A stretch of 32,000 nucleotides of DNA. It comes from Oceanospirillum sanctuarii. GTDB taxonomy: Bacteria; Pseudomonadota; Gammaproteobacteria; Pseudomonadales; Halomonadaceae. The position numbers were made by a program, and so were the translations under genes. The stretch's first letter is position 1. Each line of letters opens with the position of its first letter. Under the pieces are notes generated by a model that made no database searches, had not been told where the DNA came from, and saw nothing but the letters and a program-made list of their open reading frames with translations. This document shows positions 15,463 through 24,356 of the stretch, piece after piece. The stretch lies in NCBI RefSeq assembly GCF_002150805.1, contig NZ_MTBA01000001.1:361854-393853 (forward strand), given 5' to 3'.

Positions 15463-18400
15463 TGGTTACCTTTGTTTCCCAGTGCGAGAAAAAAGCTCTG
15501 GCACGAACCCGGCGGGTGTTAGACGCTTTCGCCAATCGAATCGGCGATAACACCTGGCAAACCCTGATAACAGAGGAAGGGCTGTTAACGGTTAAAAAGA
15601 TGCTGCGTCAAACGGCCAGTAAAAGCACAGCTGTCAGTTGCCATTGGATACGTTCCCGATCCCGTAGCCAATTGCTTTGGGTGGTGGGTAATAAGAATAA
15701 GTTTAACGGGGAAGGAATTGTGCCGGTTAATAGCACTGAGAAAGACCTACTCATTAAAGAACGATTCGCACTGAATGCTGAAGTAATCGCTAATCTGGCT
15801 GCAATAGCGGGCTTTTTTCATGATATCGGCAAATCAAATCAGCTATTCCAGAATAAGTTAGATGTTGAGAAAAAAAGCCAAATATCGGAACCACTTCGGC
15901 ACGAGTGGATATCTTTGAGGCTATTTCAGGCTTTTGTTGGGCAGCAAACAGATCAGCAATGGCTCAGTAAGCTTGCTGAGGTCAATAACTCAACAGAAGA
16001 CGAAGTACTTGAGGCGCTGCATAGTTACAGAGACCTTTTGACCACAGATATTCCTTGTCCGTTAACTCATCTTCCACCTATTGCCTCGACGGTGGGCTGG
16101 TTAATTGTTTCTCATCATAAACTGCCTCAATACCCGTTTGGTTTGGATAATCCACCTGACTTAGCCGCTATCAATCAGTGGCAATCAATTTTTGAACCAT
16201 GCTGGAATTCACCGCAAGTTACATCAGAGCAGTGGTCAGAATCAGATATTGCCAGGAACTGGAGTTTTCCGGTGGGTACTCCGTTTAAAAGCGCATTCTG
16301 GCAGAACCATGTATCGCGTCTTGCTAAAAAAGTTTCGGGTTGCCTGCGACTATTTGAACCCGAGTGGCAGACGAATTTATCGACCAAGCATCTTGCTCGG
16401 TTGTCTCTGATGCTGGCGGATCATGCTGAATCTTCCAGAAAAGATGTTGAGAATAATCTGTCAGATAGAAACTACCGTGCTTATGCCAATACAGATATGG
16501 ATGAACAAGGTCAACGCTATCAAAAACAGAAACTGGATGAGCACAATATCAGAGTCGGAGAATTGGCTTATAAGATAGCACGGGATTTACCCGGTTTAAG
16601 GGCTTATTTGAAAAAGCTCGATAGAGTAAAAGCGCTTGAAAAGCCCGTGCCATCCAAGTTTAAGAACGAATTCGGTTGGCAGGATAAAGCAACTGAATTA
16701 GCTGGAAAAATCAAAGATCAGACTAAAACGCATGGCTTCTTCGGAATATCTATGGCCTCCACAGGCAAAGGGAAGACCCGTGCTAATGCCAAAATTATGT
16801 ACGCCTTATCTGATGAAGGCCAATGTCGTTTTAACGTGGCTTTAGGTTTAAGAACACTCTCTATTCAGACGGCCAATGCACTGAAGAAAGACTTGTTTGA
16901 TTCGGATGATGCCAGTCAGAAGTTAGCGAATCAAAATATTGCTTTGTTAGTGGGATCTCAAGCGGTCAGGGATTTACAGCAAGTTCCTCTGACAGATGAC
17001 TCTAGTGCGGATGCAGACCATGGTAGCCAGTCCAGAGAGTCCTTGCTGAAAGATGAAATTGCGCTATTAGATGACTTAGATACTGAGCTGCTGGAGCAAA
17101 TTTCTTGGTGTAAGCATGACCTTAAAATCCTCAGGTTACTTCATGCACCAGTACTGGTAAGCACCATTGATTATCTGATACCGGTGACTGAAGGAGTAAG
17201 AGGAGGGCGTCAAATTGCTCCAATGTTACGTTTATTAACTTCTGACCTTGTATTAGATGAACCCGATGATTTTGGTCTGGATGATCTACCTGCATTATGC
17301 CGCTTAGTGAACTGGGCTGGTATGTTAGGCAGCCGTGTATTGCTTTCTACGGCTACCATTTCCCCTTCTTTTGCTACCAGTCTGTTTGAAGCTTATCAAG
17401 CAGGGCGCAAGCACTTCGTTCAGGCAAACGGTGAGCAAAATGGAGAAAACAAAATCTGTTGTGCATGGTTTGATGAATGCAATAAGCCTCACGAAAAGTT
17501 GGTGCAAGATAGTAAAGAATTTGCGCAAGAACATAATGGTTTTGTTGCCAAAAGAGTTAATAAACTCACTAAGAAGCAAGTTTTAAGAAAAGGCAAATTG
17601 GTTGATTTAAATACCTCTTCAGCTTCTACACCCAGCGAAGCGTTTGCTCAGCGTATCTATCAATCCATTACTGAGCTGCACTCACAGCACTCTGTTTTAT
17701 TCGGTGAGAAGTCGGTATCTATTGGTTTGGTTAGAATGGCGAATATCAACCCTCTGGTGCATATCTCGCAGCAGTTACTTGAAATGGCCGCACCCGAAAA
17801 TACTCAGATTCATTACTGCATTTATCACAGCCAATACCCTCTTCTACAGCGTACCAGCATCGAGAAAATGCTTGATCGAGCACTTAAACGCCATAAGGAA
17901 GAGGATTGGCAAAGTTGTTCTGGTATCAAAGAAATTATTGAACAGACAGATACCCAACATCACATCTTTGTAGTTTTGGCGACATCCGTAGCTGAAGTTG
18001 GGCGTGATCACGACTATGACTGGGCTATCGTTGAGCCAAGCTCCCTGCGTTCAATCATTCAGCTGGCGGGACGGGTTCAACGTCACCGCATGCAGCCGCC
18101 GAATCAGGAAAACATCCATATCCTGACGCAAAATTATAAAGCTCTGAAGAGGAAGGCCCCTTGTTTCGAAAAGCCAGGATTTGAAACAAAGCTCTTACGT
18201 TATTCCTCATCGGACTTAAAAGCGTTAAAAGTTGATGCTGACCTGGAAACAATTAATGCCATCCCGAGAGTGTTGTATAAACCAAGCCAACCGAATGGAC
18301 GTCCTGATTTAACAGTTACTCATCAATTCAATAAGTTTTCAGAGCTTGAGCATTTTGCGCAGATGATAAAGCTGAAAGGTAGCCCAAAACAGAATAATTA

Positions 18401-18824
18401 TGCCGCTCATTGGTGGCAAAGCGATGTGACATGGTGCGGTGAAATACAGCGCTTACAGCCATTTAGACGATCAAGAAATAGTGATGACTTCTGTTTAGCT
18501 CTGACCCGGGAGAATAAGCCTGTCTGGCAAAAGAAAGCTCAGGGCGTTTATCCCTCAGAATACCTTAATACCTCAGATATCAGGATTCCCCGAAAAGCGC
18601 TGGATTTAGGAGCAGGGGTGAGTATTTGGCATCAGTTTGATCTGCAGTCAGAGATTGAGCATCTGTCTAAAGCTTATGGCAAAGCTGAATCAGAAACGCT
18701 ACAGACTTATACCCATGTAGCACTGGAAGAACTGGATGATAACGCAGCACAGCAGTGGCAGTATCAGCCAGAGTTAGGGATTTATAAAATATTGCGAAAG
18801 GATGAGTATGGTGATGGTAAGTAG
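15459..18824 (+). CDS. cas3: Cas2-Cas3 fusion protein (Cas2/3), type I-F nuclease-helicase
   Basis: The N-terminal Cas2 domain (VSQCEKKALARTRRVLDAFANRIGDNTWQT...AVSCHWIRSRSRSQLLWVVG) closely resembles P. aeruginosa Cas2/3. HD nuclease motifs: FFHDIGK, HEWISL, VSHHKLP. Helicase motifs: MASTGKGKT (Walker A), LVLDEPDDF (DExD), LLSTAT, AEVGRDHDYD. Confidence 0.96.
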   Translation: MMVTFVSQCEKKALARTRRVLDAFANRIGDNTWQTLITEEGLLTVKKMLRQTASKSTAVSCHWIRSRSRSQLLWVVGNKNKFNGEGIVPVNSTEKDLLIKERFALNAEVIANLAAIAGFFHDIGKSNQLFQNKLDVEKKSQISEPLRHEWISLRLFQAFVGQQTDQQWLSKLAEVNNSTEDEVLEALHSYRDLLTTDIPCPLTHLPPIASTVGWLIVSHHKLPQYPFGLDNPPDLAAINQWQSIFEPCWNSPQVTSEQWSESDIARNWSFPVGTPFKSAFWQNHVSRLAKKVSGCLRLFEPEWQTNLSTKHLARLSLMLADHAESSRKDVENNLSDRNYRAYANTDMDEQGQRYQKQKLDEHNIRVGELAYKIARDLPGLRAYLKKLDRVKALEKPVPSKFKNEFGWQDKATELAGKIKDQTKTHGFFGISMASTGKGKTRANAKIMYALSDEGQCRFNVALGLRTLSIQTANALKKDLFDSDDASQKLANQNIALLVGSQAVRDLQQVPLTDDSSADADHGSQSRESLLKDEIALLDDLDTELLEQISWCKHDLKILRLLHAPVLVSTIDYLIPVTEGVRGGRQIAPMLRLLTSDLVLDEPDDFGLDDLPALCRLVNWAGMLGSRVLLSTATISPSFATSLFEAYQAGRKHFVQANGEQNGENKICCAWFDECNKPHEKLVQDSKEFAQEHNGFVAKRVNKLTKKQVLRKGKLVDLNTSSASTPSEAFAQRIYQSITELHSQHSVLFGEKSVSIGLVRMANINPLVHISQQLLEMAAPENTQIHYCIYHSQYPLLQRTSIEKMLDRALKRHKEEDWQSCSGIKEIIEQTDTQHHIFVVLATSVAEVGRDHDYDWAIVEPSSLRSIIQLAGRVQRHRMQPPNQENIHILTQNYKALKRKAPCFEKPGFETKLLRYSSSDLKALKVDADLETINAIPRVLYKPSQPNGRPDLTVTHQFNKFSELEHFAQMIKLKGSPKQNNYAAHWWQSDVTWCGEIQRLQPFRRSRNSDDFCLALTRENKPVWQKKAQGVYPSEYLNTSDIRIPRKALDLGAGVSIWHQFDLQSEIEHLSKAYGKAESETLQTYTHVALEELDDNAAQQWQYQPELGIYKILRKDEYGDGK

Positions 18825-20325
18825 TCAAACGTCTCAAACGCTGGCTAAGGGCATAGAGGTTTACTTAGCAAAACGGCGAGATGCGAAAGAAGAAAATTAT
18901 CTGAAATCTAAACCGCAGACAAAAAAAGGAGTTGTGAGTAAGGGAATAAATACCCGGTTGCTCAGCATTGCAAAGCGTCTGTGCAGTGACAGTGATGCCG
19001 TTAAAAGCGTTGAGAAAACCAAGAAAACAAAAGAACAAACTGCTTTGGCTTTTCAGCAGCAACAATATCAGGCACTACTTTCTTTAATTGGTGAAGAGGT
19101 TGTTGATAGTGAGCTGCATGATCTTAAAAGTGAATATGAAGGCTTTGTCGCTGAGCTTAAACAACAACATAAACCATCGGCTTGGCTGGATGAATGGGTC
19201 GATAAAGCCAAAGATATCAGCTTTGCGACACATGTCGCCAAACTGACTCATTCCAGCAGTAAAGGAAGTAGTGTTTTAGATGCCTCCAAGTGTCGGGACA
19301 ATCGTTATCTCACAACTAACAGCCTAGTTGATCCCAGTATTGATACCGCATCTTCTAATGCGGCCTCTCTGCCTGTAGCCGATATTTTAAAAGTCAGTAG
19401 CGATGGCTATTCAGTGCTGGACTGCTTAAAAGTTGATTCTTATGAATTCTTTGAAGTATTTACAGAAGATCAGGCCCGGATTCAACGCTGGGTGAGTGGA
19501 TTAAAGCAAGCCTATGACAGTGATAAGAAGCAAAGCTATTTCTTATCGAAGCAGGTCTACTTTCCAATCGCTACAAATAACTACCATCTATTGTTACCGC
19601 TTACATCCTCATCACTTGCCCAAGCAATGCATTTAGAGTTTCGTAAATTCTTTGATGATGAAGTGCAGGTAAAAGCCAGAGACCAGCGAAAAAAGGGTAA
19701 GTACAGTCCAACGGTATTAATTAGCTACCCAAACAAAGCTAAATTAAATATCACAGGGTCCAATCACTCCAACGCATCAGCATTGAACGGTGTCAGAGGT
19801 GGGAAAATAACTCTGCTATCTGCCCAGCCGCCACAATGGGCAATGCAACCAGTCGGCTTTCGAGACGGCGATGAGCTTTTTAACAAGCAGTTGGCGTATC
19901 AGTTGATGCCGGAAATTCAGACGCTACGGAAATACTTTAAGATACTCAAAAACAAAGCCCTTAGTGATAGTAAACCCGAACGTCGCAAGGCTATTGTCAA
20001 TAAATTAAATGACATTATCAGCGAGCTGTTTGACTTCATTTTAACCGTGAATCACAACCAGAAGCCGGGTTGGACGCTACAAAGTAAACTACCCGTTGAG
20101 TATCAGCTGTTGTTTGAGCCATGGCGGGATGATGACATCAGTAAGGCAGAAAAAGTAACAAACGCGTGGCAGAAAGAACTGTGTAAGGACTTTTCATTTT
20201 GGCTAAGTAAACAACTCAACGAAAAGAGAAGACTTGAGTTGAACCCTCAGCAAATCAAAGGCCTGGAAAGAGTATTTGCTCTGCGCTTAAGGACGTTTGT
20301 TGCTGCACAGGAGGTTGCATTATGA
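18802..20325 (+). CDS. csy1: Csy1 / Cas8f, large subunit of the type I-F Csy (Cascade) complex; longer than usual
   Basis: KQVYFPIATNNYHLLLPLTSSSLAQAMHLEF matches the conserved KQLYFP..GYHLL.PL motif of P. aeruginosa Csy1. Position in the operon fits. The start is ambiguous (ATG at 18802, 18808 or 18814), and all three overlap the cas2-3 end. Confidence 0.9.
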   Translation: MSMVMVSSQTSQTLAKGIEVYLAKRRDAKEENYLKSKPQTKKGVVSKGINTRLLSIAKRLCSDSDAVKSVEKTKKTKEQTALAFQQQQYQALLSLIGEEVVDSELHDLKSEYEGFVAELKQQHKPSAWLDEWVDKAKDISFATHVAKLTHSSSKGSSVLDASKCRDNRYLTTNSLVDPSIDTASSNAASLPVADILKVSSDGYSVLDCLKVDSYEFFEVFTEDQARIQRWVSGLKQAYDSDKKQSYFLSKQVYFPIATNNYHLLLPLTSSSLAQAMHLEFRKFFDDEVQVKARDQRKKGKYSPTVLISYPNKAKLNITGSNHSNASALNGVRGGKITLLSAQPPQWAMQPVGFRDGDELFNKQLAYQLMPEIQTLRKYFKILKNKALSDSKPERRKAIVNKLNDIISELFDFILTVNHNQKPGWTLQSKLPVEYQLLFEPWRDDDISKAEKVTNAWQKELCKDFSFWLSKQLNEKRRLELNPQQIKGLERVFALRLRTFVAAQEVAL

Positions 20326-21362
20326 GTCAGTATCTCGTCTTAAGCCGTATCAAAATTCAAAACGCCAATACTATCGCGGGTTTTACTTGGGGCTTCCCCT
20401 CAATCACGCAATTTCTGGGTTTCACCCATGCATTGAATCGTAAATTCTCTGACAGTTATGAAGGTGATTATCCCTGCGAGTTTACGGGCTGCATCGTGAT
20501 TGCCAACAAAGTTGATAACAAAGTCTATCAACCAAAAGAGTTTGCTGATTTAGAGTTCTTACAAAGCAAAAATCCGCCGGTTCTAGCGAAGCATAAAAGC
20601 AACTCTCCTCCCATCATTGAGGAAGGCAAAGTTAATCTGACGGTGAGCTTGGTGCTTGAACTGGACAAACCTTTATCCCTCACATTAGAGCAGATTGACA
20701 AGCTTGAGAATCACATCGAATTGTTATGCCGCTCTATGCGTATTGCCGGTGGTTCTGTACTCGATATGGACAGAGTGAAACTTCTGTCCGCAAGTACAGA
20801 GGAGCAAGAAAACGCCATGCTCAAAAAAGTACAGCAGCTTTGCATGCCGGGTTTTGCCTTAAAAGATCAAAGTGATTTTCTCGCACAGCAGGTAGAAAGT
20901 ATCTCTACAACTGTGGGCAAAGACCTATCTCAACCAGTATTGGATGCCTGGCTTGATTTTTCAGCTCTTAAATCGACAGCAAACCCCAAGCTAAAAGAAG
21001 GGCAAACCGAACCGGATGAACAGACTGATGCATCCTGGAGCTATGAGAAGAGAAAAGGCTATCTGGTGCCACTTATGGTTGGTTATAAGGCAATAAGTGA
21101 GGTTTATGATGCAGGCCAGGTTGAGTGCACCCGAGATCCAAGTACCCCTACTCGTTTTGTAGAAGCGATTCACTCAATCGGTGAGTGGCTCAGCATGCAC
21201 CGGGTTCGCAGACTTGAAGAATTTATCTGGCGTTATCACCAGTGCGATGAGTGGTACTTATGCCAGCAGGGTTCAAATAAGCCAGATAAAGCAAATATCT
21301 CCGAAATTGATCAAAACCAGTCTCAATTCGATATTGATGAAGAAACGCTTAACTTATTTTAA
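20322..21362 (+). CDS. csy2: Csy2 / Cas5f
   Basis: LSRIKIQNANTIAGFTWGFPSITQFLGFTHALNRK resembles P. aeruginosa Csy2 (LSIQNANAISSPLTWGFPS..FTGFVHALQR). AGGAGG lies 7 nt upstream. The start overlaps the csy1 stop (ATGA). Confidence 0.92.
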   Translation: MSQYLVLSRIKIQNANTIAGFTWGFPSITQFLGFTHALNRKFSDSYEGDYPCEFTGCIVIANKVDNKVYQPKEFADLEFLQSKNPPVLAKHKSNSPPIIEEGKVNLTVSLVLELDKPLSLTLEQIDKLENHIELLCRSMRIAGGSVLDMDRVKLLSASTEEQENAMLKKVQQLCMPGFALKDQSDFLAQQVESISTTVGKDLSQPVLDAWLDFSALKSTANPKLKEGQTEPDEQTDASWSYEKRKGYLVPLMVGYKAISEVYDAGQVECTRDPSTPTRFVEAIHSIGEWLSMHRVRRLEEFIWRYHQCDEWYLCQQGSNKPDKANISEIDQNQSQFDIDEETLNLF

Positions 21363-21371
21363 GGATGAAAC

Positions 21372-22379
21372 ATGTCTACTTTAACTTTGCCTTCAGTATT
21401 AGCATTTGACCGTAAACTTGAGCCTTCGGACGGCGTTATGTTTTCAGGTAATTGGTCTGAGATAGGAAAGGAAGAAAACTGGCTACCGATTAAGTTGTTT
21501 GATCGCCGCAACCGTGCTGTAAAGAGTAACTTTTCTAAAGAAGTCCTGGCCGATGAAGAACAGCTCCAGAAACAGATTGCTGAAGCGAATTTGTCCTGGG
21601 GGGATGATGCTGCACTTAAACATGGGCAGGACACACTGCGTTTAAACTTCAGTTTGCGAATCGTATCGGGTGTAGAACATCCGACAGCTTGTAACGATAC
21701 AACATTTGAAAACCGCTTTAATGAAGTGATTGCCGGTTATGTGCAAACAGGCATTAAAGAACTGGCGGTACGATATGCATACAATATCGCAAATGGACGC
21801 TTTTTATGGCGTAACCGGGTCGGTGCAGAACAAATCAAGGTTCGGGTATCCGGCAAGTGCCTAGCTGAATCTCTAGAATTTGATGCTTATGATTATTCCC
21901 TTAATAGCACTACAGCGAATGACGAACAGGTTAACAGGCTGGCTCAGGTCATACTGTCGGGATTAACGGGTGAAGACAGACCTGTGCTTAAGGTCGAAGC
22001 ATTTGCTCAACTGGGTGATGCACAGCGTGTCTGGCCATCCCAAGAAATGGTGCTGAATTCACCTAAAGGTGAGAAAAGCCGTTATCTATTTGAACTTGAT
22101 GGTATAGCCGCTATGCATTGCGAAAAAATTGGCAACGCACTGCGCACCATCGACGACTGGTATCCGAAATTTAGCGAAACAAATAAACCTATCGCAATTG
22201 AAGCTTATGGCTCTGTTACTCAGCGTGGCGTTGCTTATCGTTCAAGTAAAAATGACTTCAAAACATTACTGCTTAAATGGCTAAGTGGTGAGAGTTCAGC
22301 CCAGCTGAGTGAAGACGATCAGCACTTTGTGGTTGCCATGCTAATTCGGGGTGGTGTGTTTGGTGAGGGTGAGAGCTAG
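21372..22379 (+). CDS. csy3: Csy3 / Cas7f, backbone subunit of the Csy complex
   Basis: SVLAFDRKLEPSD..., RYAYNIANGRFLWRNRVGAEQIKVRV, KIGNALRTIDDWYP and LIRGGVFGE are near-identical in pattern to P. aeruginosa Csy3. Confidence 0.96.
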   Translation: MSTLTLPSVLAFDRKLEPSDGVMFSGNWSEIGKEENWLPIKLFDRRNRAVKSNFSKEVLADEEQLQKQIAEANLSWGDDAALKHGQDTLRLNFSLRIVSGVEHPTACNDTTFENRFNEVIAGYVQTGIKELAVRYAYNIANGRFLWRNRVGAEQIKVRVSGKCLAESLEFDAYDYSLNSTTANDEQVNRLAQVILSGLTGEDRPVLKVEAFAQLGDAQRVWPSQEMVLNSPKGEKSRYLFELDGIAAMHCEKIGNALRTIDDWYPKFSETNKPIAIEAYGSVTQRGVAYRSSKNDFKTLLLKWLSGESSAQLSEDDQHFVVAMLIRGGVFGEGES

Positions 22380-22390
22380 GAGTCTCATTG

Positions 22391-23023
22391 ATGAACTATT
22401 ACCAAGACATTACCTTATTGCCCGATGAGGATATCGCTTTAGGCTTTCTCTGGCAGAAAATCTACCAGCAGGTGCATATCGCCTTGGTTGAACAAAAGGT
22501 GGATGCTCAGCACAGCGCCATCGCGGTCAGCTTTCCGGCCTATGGCAGCAAGGGATTTCCGTTGGGTAATAAACTGCGTGTTATCGCAGAGGACAAAGCA
22601 CAGCTGGAGAAACTGAATCTTGCCGGTTTTCTAAGCCGGTTTGAAGATTACATCCACCTTAAATCGATTCAGCCGGTGCCGGAGCATGCTACCCCGGTGG
22701 CCTTTATTCGCCAGCGGGTTAAAGGTCAGGCGCGTATCGAAAAAGATATGCAGGATAAAGCCGTGCTATGGGCTGAAAAGTCCGGTCAACCGTTAGCGGA
22801 GTGTTTGAAACAGCTGGAAAAATCCAAACCCAAAGCGGAGGTTAAAACCCCCTTTGTCTGGATGGAAAGCCAGCTAACCAAAGCCGCTAACCCCGAGCGT
22901 TCGGCACGCTTCCCACTGTTTATTCAGCGGGTAGAGGTAGCTGCGTTTAAACCCGGTCTTTTCAACTGCTACGGACTGAGTGCAGAGCGGGGTGACAAGA
23001 TCACCACCGTACCGCACTTTTGA
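22391..23023 (+). CDS. cas6f: Cas6f / Csy4, crRNA-processing endoribonuclease
   Basis: MNYYQDITLLPDEDI... parallels MDHYLDIRLRPDPEF of Csy4. The C-terminal FNCYGLS....VPHF parallels FTCYGLSKGGFVPWF. AGGAG lies 8 nt upstream of ATG 22391, so the ORF-track TTG at 22388 is less likely. Confidence 0.92.
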   Translation: MNYYQDITLLPDEDIALGFLWQKIYQQVHIALVEQKVDAQHSAIAVSFPAYGSKGFPLGNKLRVIAEDKAQLEKLNLAGFLSRFEDYIHLKSIQPVPEHATPVAFIRQRVKGQARIEKDMQDKAVLWAEKSGQPLAECLKQLEKSKPKAEVKTPFVWMESQLTKAANPERSARFPLFIQRVEVAAFKPGLFNCYGLSAERGDKITTVPHF

Positions 23024-23151
23024 CCTAAAAAATGGCTCTTTAAAAAGGAACTTATAAATCAGATAGTTACGGCAGGGGCAAAAATAAAGGTATTTTCTGA
23101 TATTTTTGTTTAAGTCACTGTTGTAGCGATTTTTTGAGATATTTTTTTACT
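23024..23151 (+). promoter_or_regulatory. CRISPR leader (AT-rich) with an IHF-like site
   Basis: A 128-bp AT-rich non-coding stretch runs between the cas6f stop and repeat 1. AATCAGATAGTTA (23057-23069) fits WATCAR-N4-TTR. The degenerate repeat lies at the opposite end of the array, which is consistent with this being the leader end. Confidence 0.7.
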
Positions 23152-24319
23152 GTTCACCGCCGCACAGGCGGCTTAGAAATTCGATGAAAACGGATGCACC
23201 GCCCTTTCCGAGTTCACCGCCGCACAGGCGGCTTAGAAATCGCAGAGCGCGCTGGGGAGGACGAAGTCCGTGTTCACCGCCGCACAGGCGGCTTAGAAAA
23301 GACAAAGCAGCCTTTCAGCGCACCTTGTAAAGTTCACCGCCGCACAGGCGGCTTAGAAAGGTTCGCTTCAGCTCTGCGGTGGCCTTCGCTCGTTCACCGC
23401 CGCACAGGCGGCTTAGAAATCAAATAAGCAACTACTGCCATAATTATTCCCGTTCACCGCCGCACAGGCGGCTTAGAAATCAAATAAGCAACTACTGCCA
23501 TAATTATTCCCGTTCACCGCCGCACAGGCGGCTTAGAAAAGTCGTAAAAGAACGGATACCAGCCGGAGGCGGTTCACCGCCGCACAGGCGGCTTAGAAAG
23601 GCTGGCGGTTGGTTTCCGGTCAATCGCTCCAGTTCACCGCCGCACAGGCGGCTTAGAAAACAAAAATATGTCACACGTCCCCTTCTTCAACGTTCACCGC
23701 CGCACAGGCGGCTTAGAAATTCCGCTGTTTTCGACGCAGACCTCCGGTTTTGTTCACCGCCGCACAGGCGGCTTAGAAATTTAAAAGCGATCGCCTTACG
23801 TGACCAGCGAAGTTCACCGCCGCACAGGCGGCTTAGAAATGAACAAATCCGCCGGGGCGGTTGGTCTGATCGTTCACCGCCGCACAGGCGGCTTAGAAAG
23901 CAATACCAAGAAGCACAAGCCCAATAATACGGTTCACCGCCGCACAGGCGGCTTAGAAACGCAAAAAACACAGACCAAAACGCCGGTACTCGTTCACCGC
24001 CGCACAGGCGGCTTAGAAACCATGAAAAAAAGGCCATGCGGACTTAGAGCGGTTCACCGCCGCACAGGCGGCTTAGAAAATCCAACCACTGAAAACCTCA
24101 GTGGCGGACTGGTTCACCGCCACGCAGGCGGCTTAGAAAGGTATGCCTCAAGCCAGGGCAACTATTGATGTGTTCACCGCCGCACAGGCGGCTTAGAAAA
24201 TGCAGACACTGCAGGTCACCCGTATTCCCATGTTTACCGCCGCACAGGCGGCTTAGAAAGTAAACAGTGGGGTTGCCGCCCCTGAATTGAGGTTCACCGC
24301 CGCACAGGCGGCTTAGAGA
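23152..24319 (+). CRISPR. Type I-F CRISPR array: 20 repeats of 28 bp, 19 spacers of 32 bp
   Basis: GTTCACCGCCGCACAGGCGGCTTAGAAA recurs at an exact 60-bp period from 23152 to 24292. The stem is CCGCC/GGCGG with loop GCACA, and the 8-nt handle is CTTAGAAA, as in the classical I-F repeat GTTCACTGCCGTATAGGCAGCTAAGAAA. Variant repeats start at 24112, 24232 and 24292. Confidence 0.99.
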
Positions 24320-24356
24320 TGATAGTTTTTCTTCCTATAGGGCTTTGTAATTCTTA

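Noticed and set aside
14485-23023. Possibility of a Tn7-associated I-F3 (CAST) or other minimal I-F variant
   Set aside because: cas1 and a full cas2-3 with intact HD and helicase motifs are present. Cas8f and Cas5f are separate proteins. No tnsA/B/C or tniQ genes occur in the window.
23194-24168. ORF-track entries 23194-23427(+), 23379-23927(+), 23687-24037(-) and 23800-24168(+), whose translations repeat HRRTGGLE / SPPHRRLR / LSRLCGGE
   Set aside because: They are translations of the 60-bp-periodic CRISPR repeats. The periodic peptide motif is the repeat read in different frames, not a protein.
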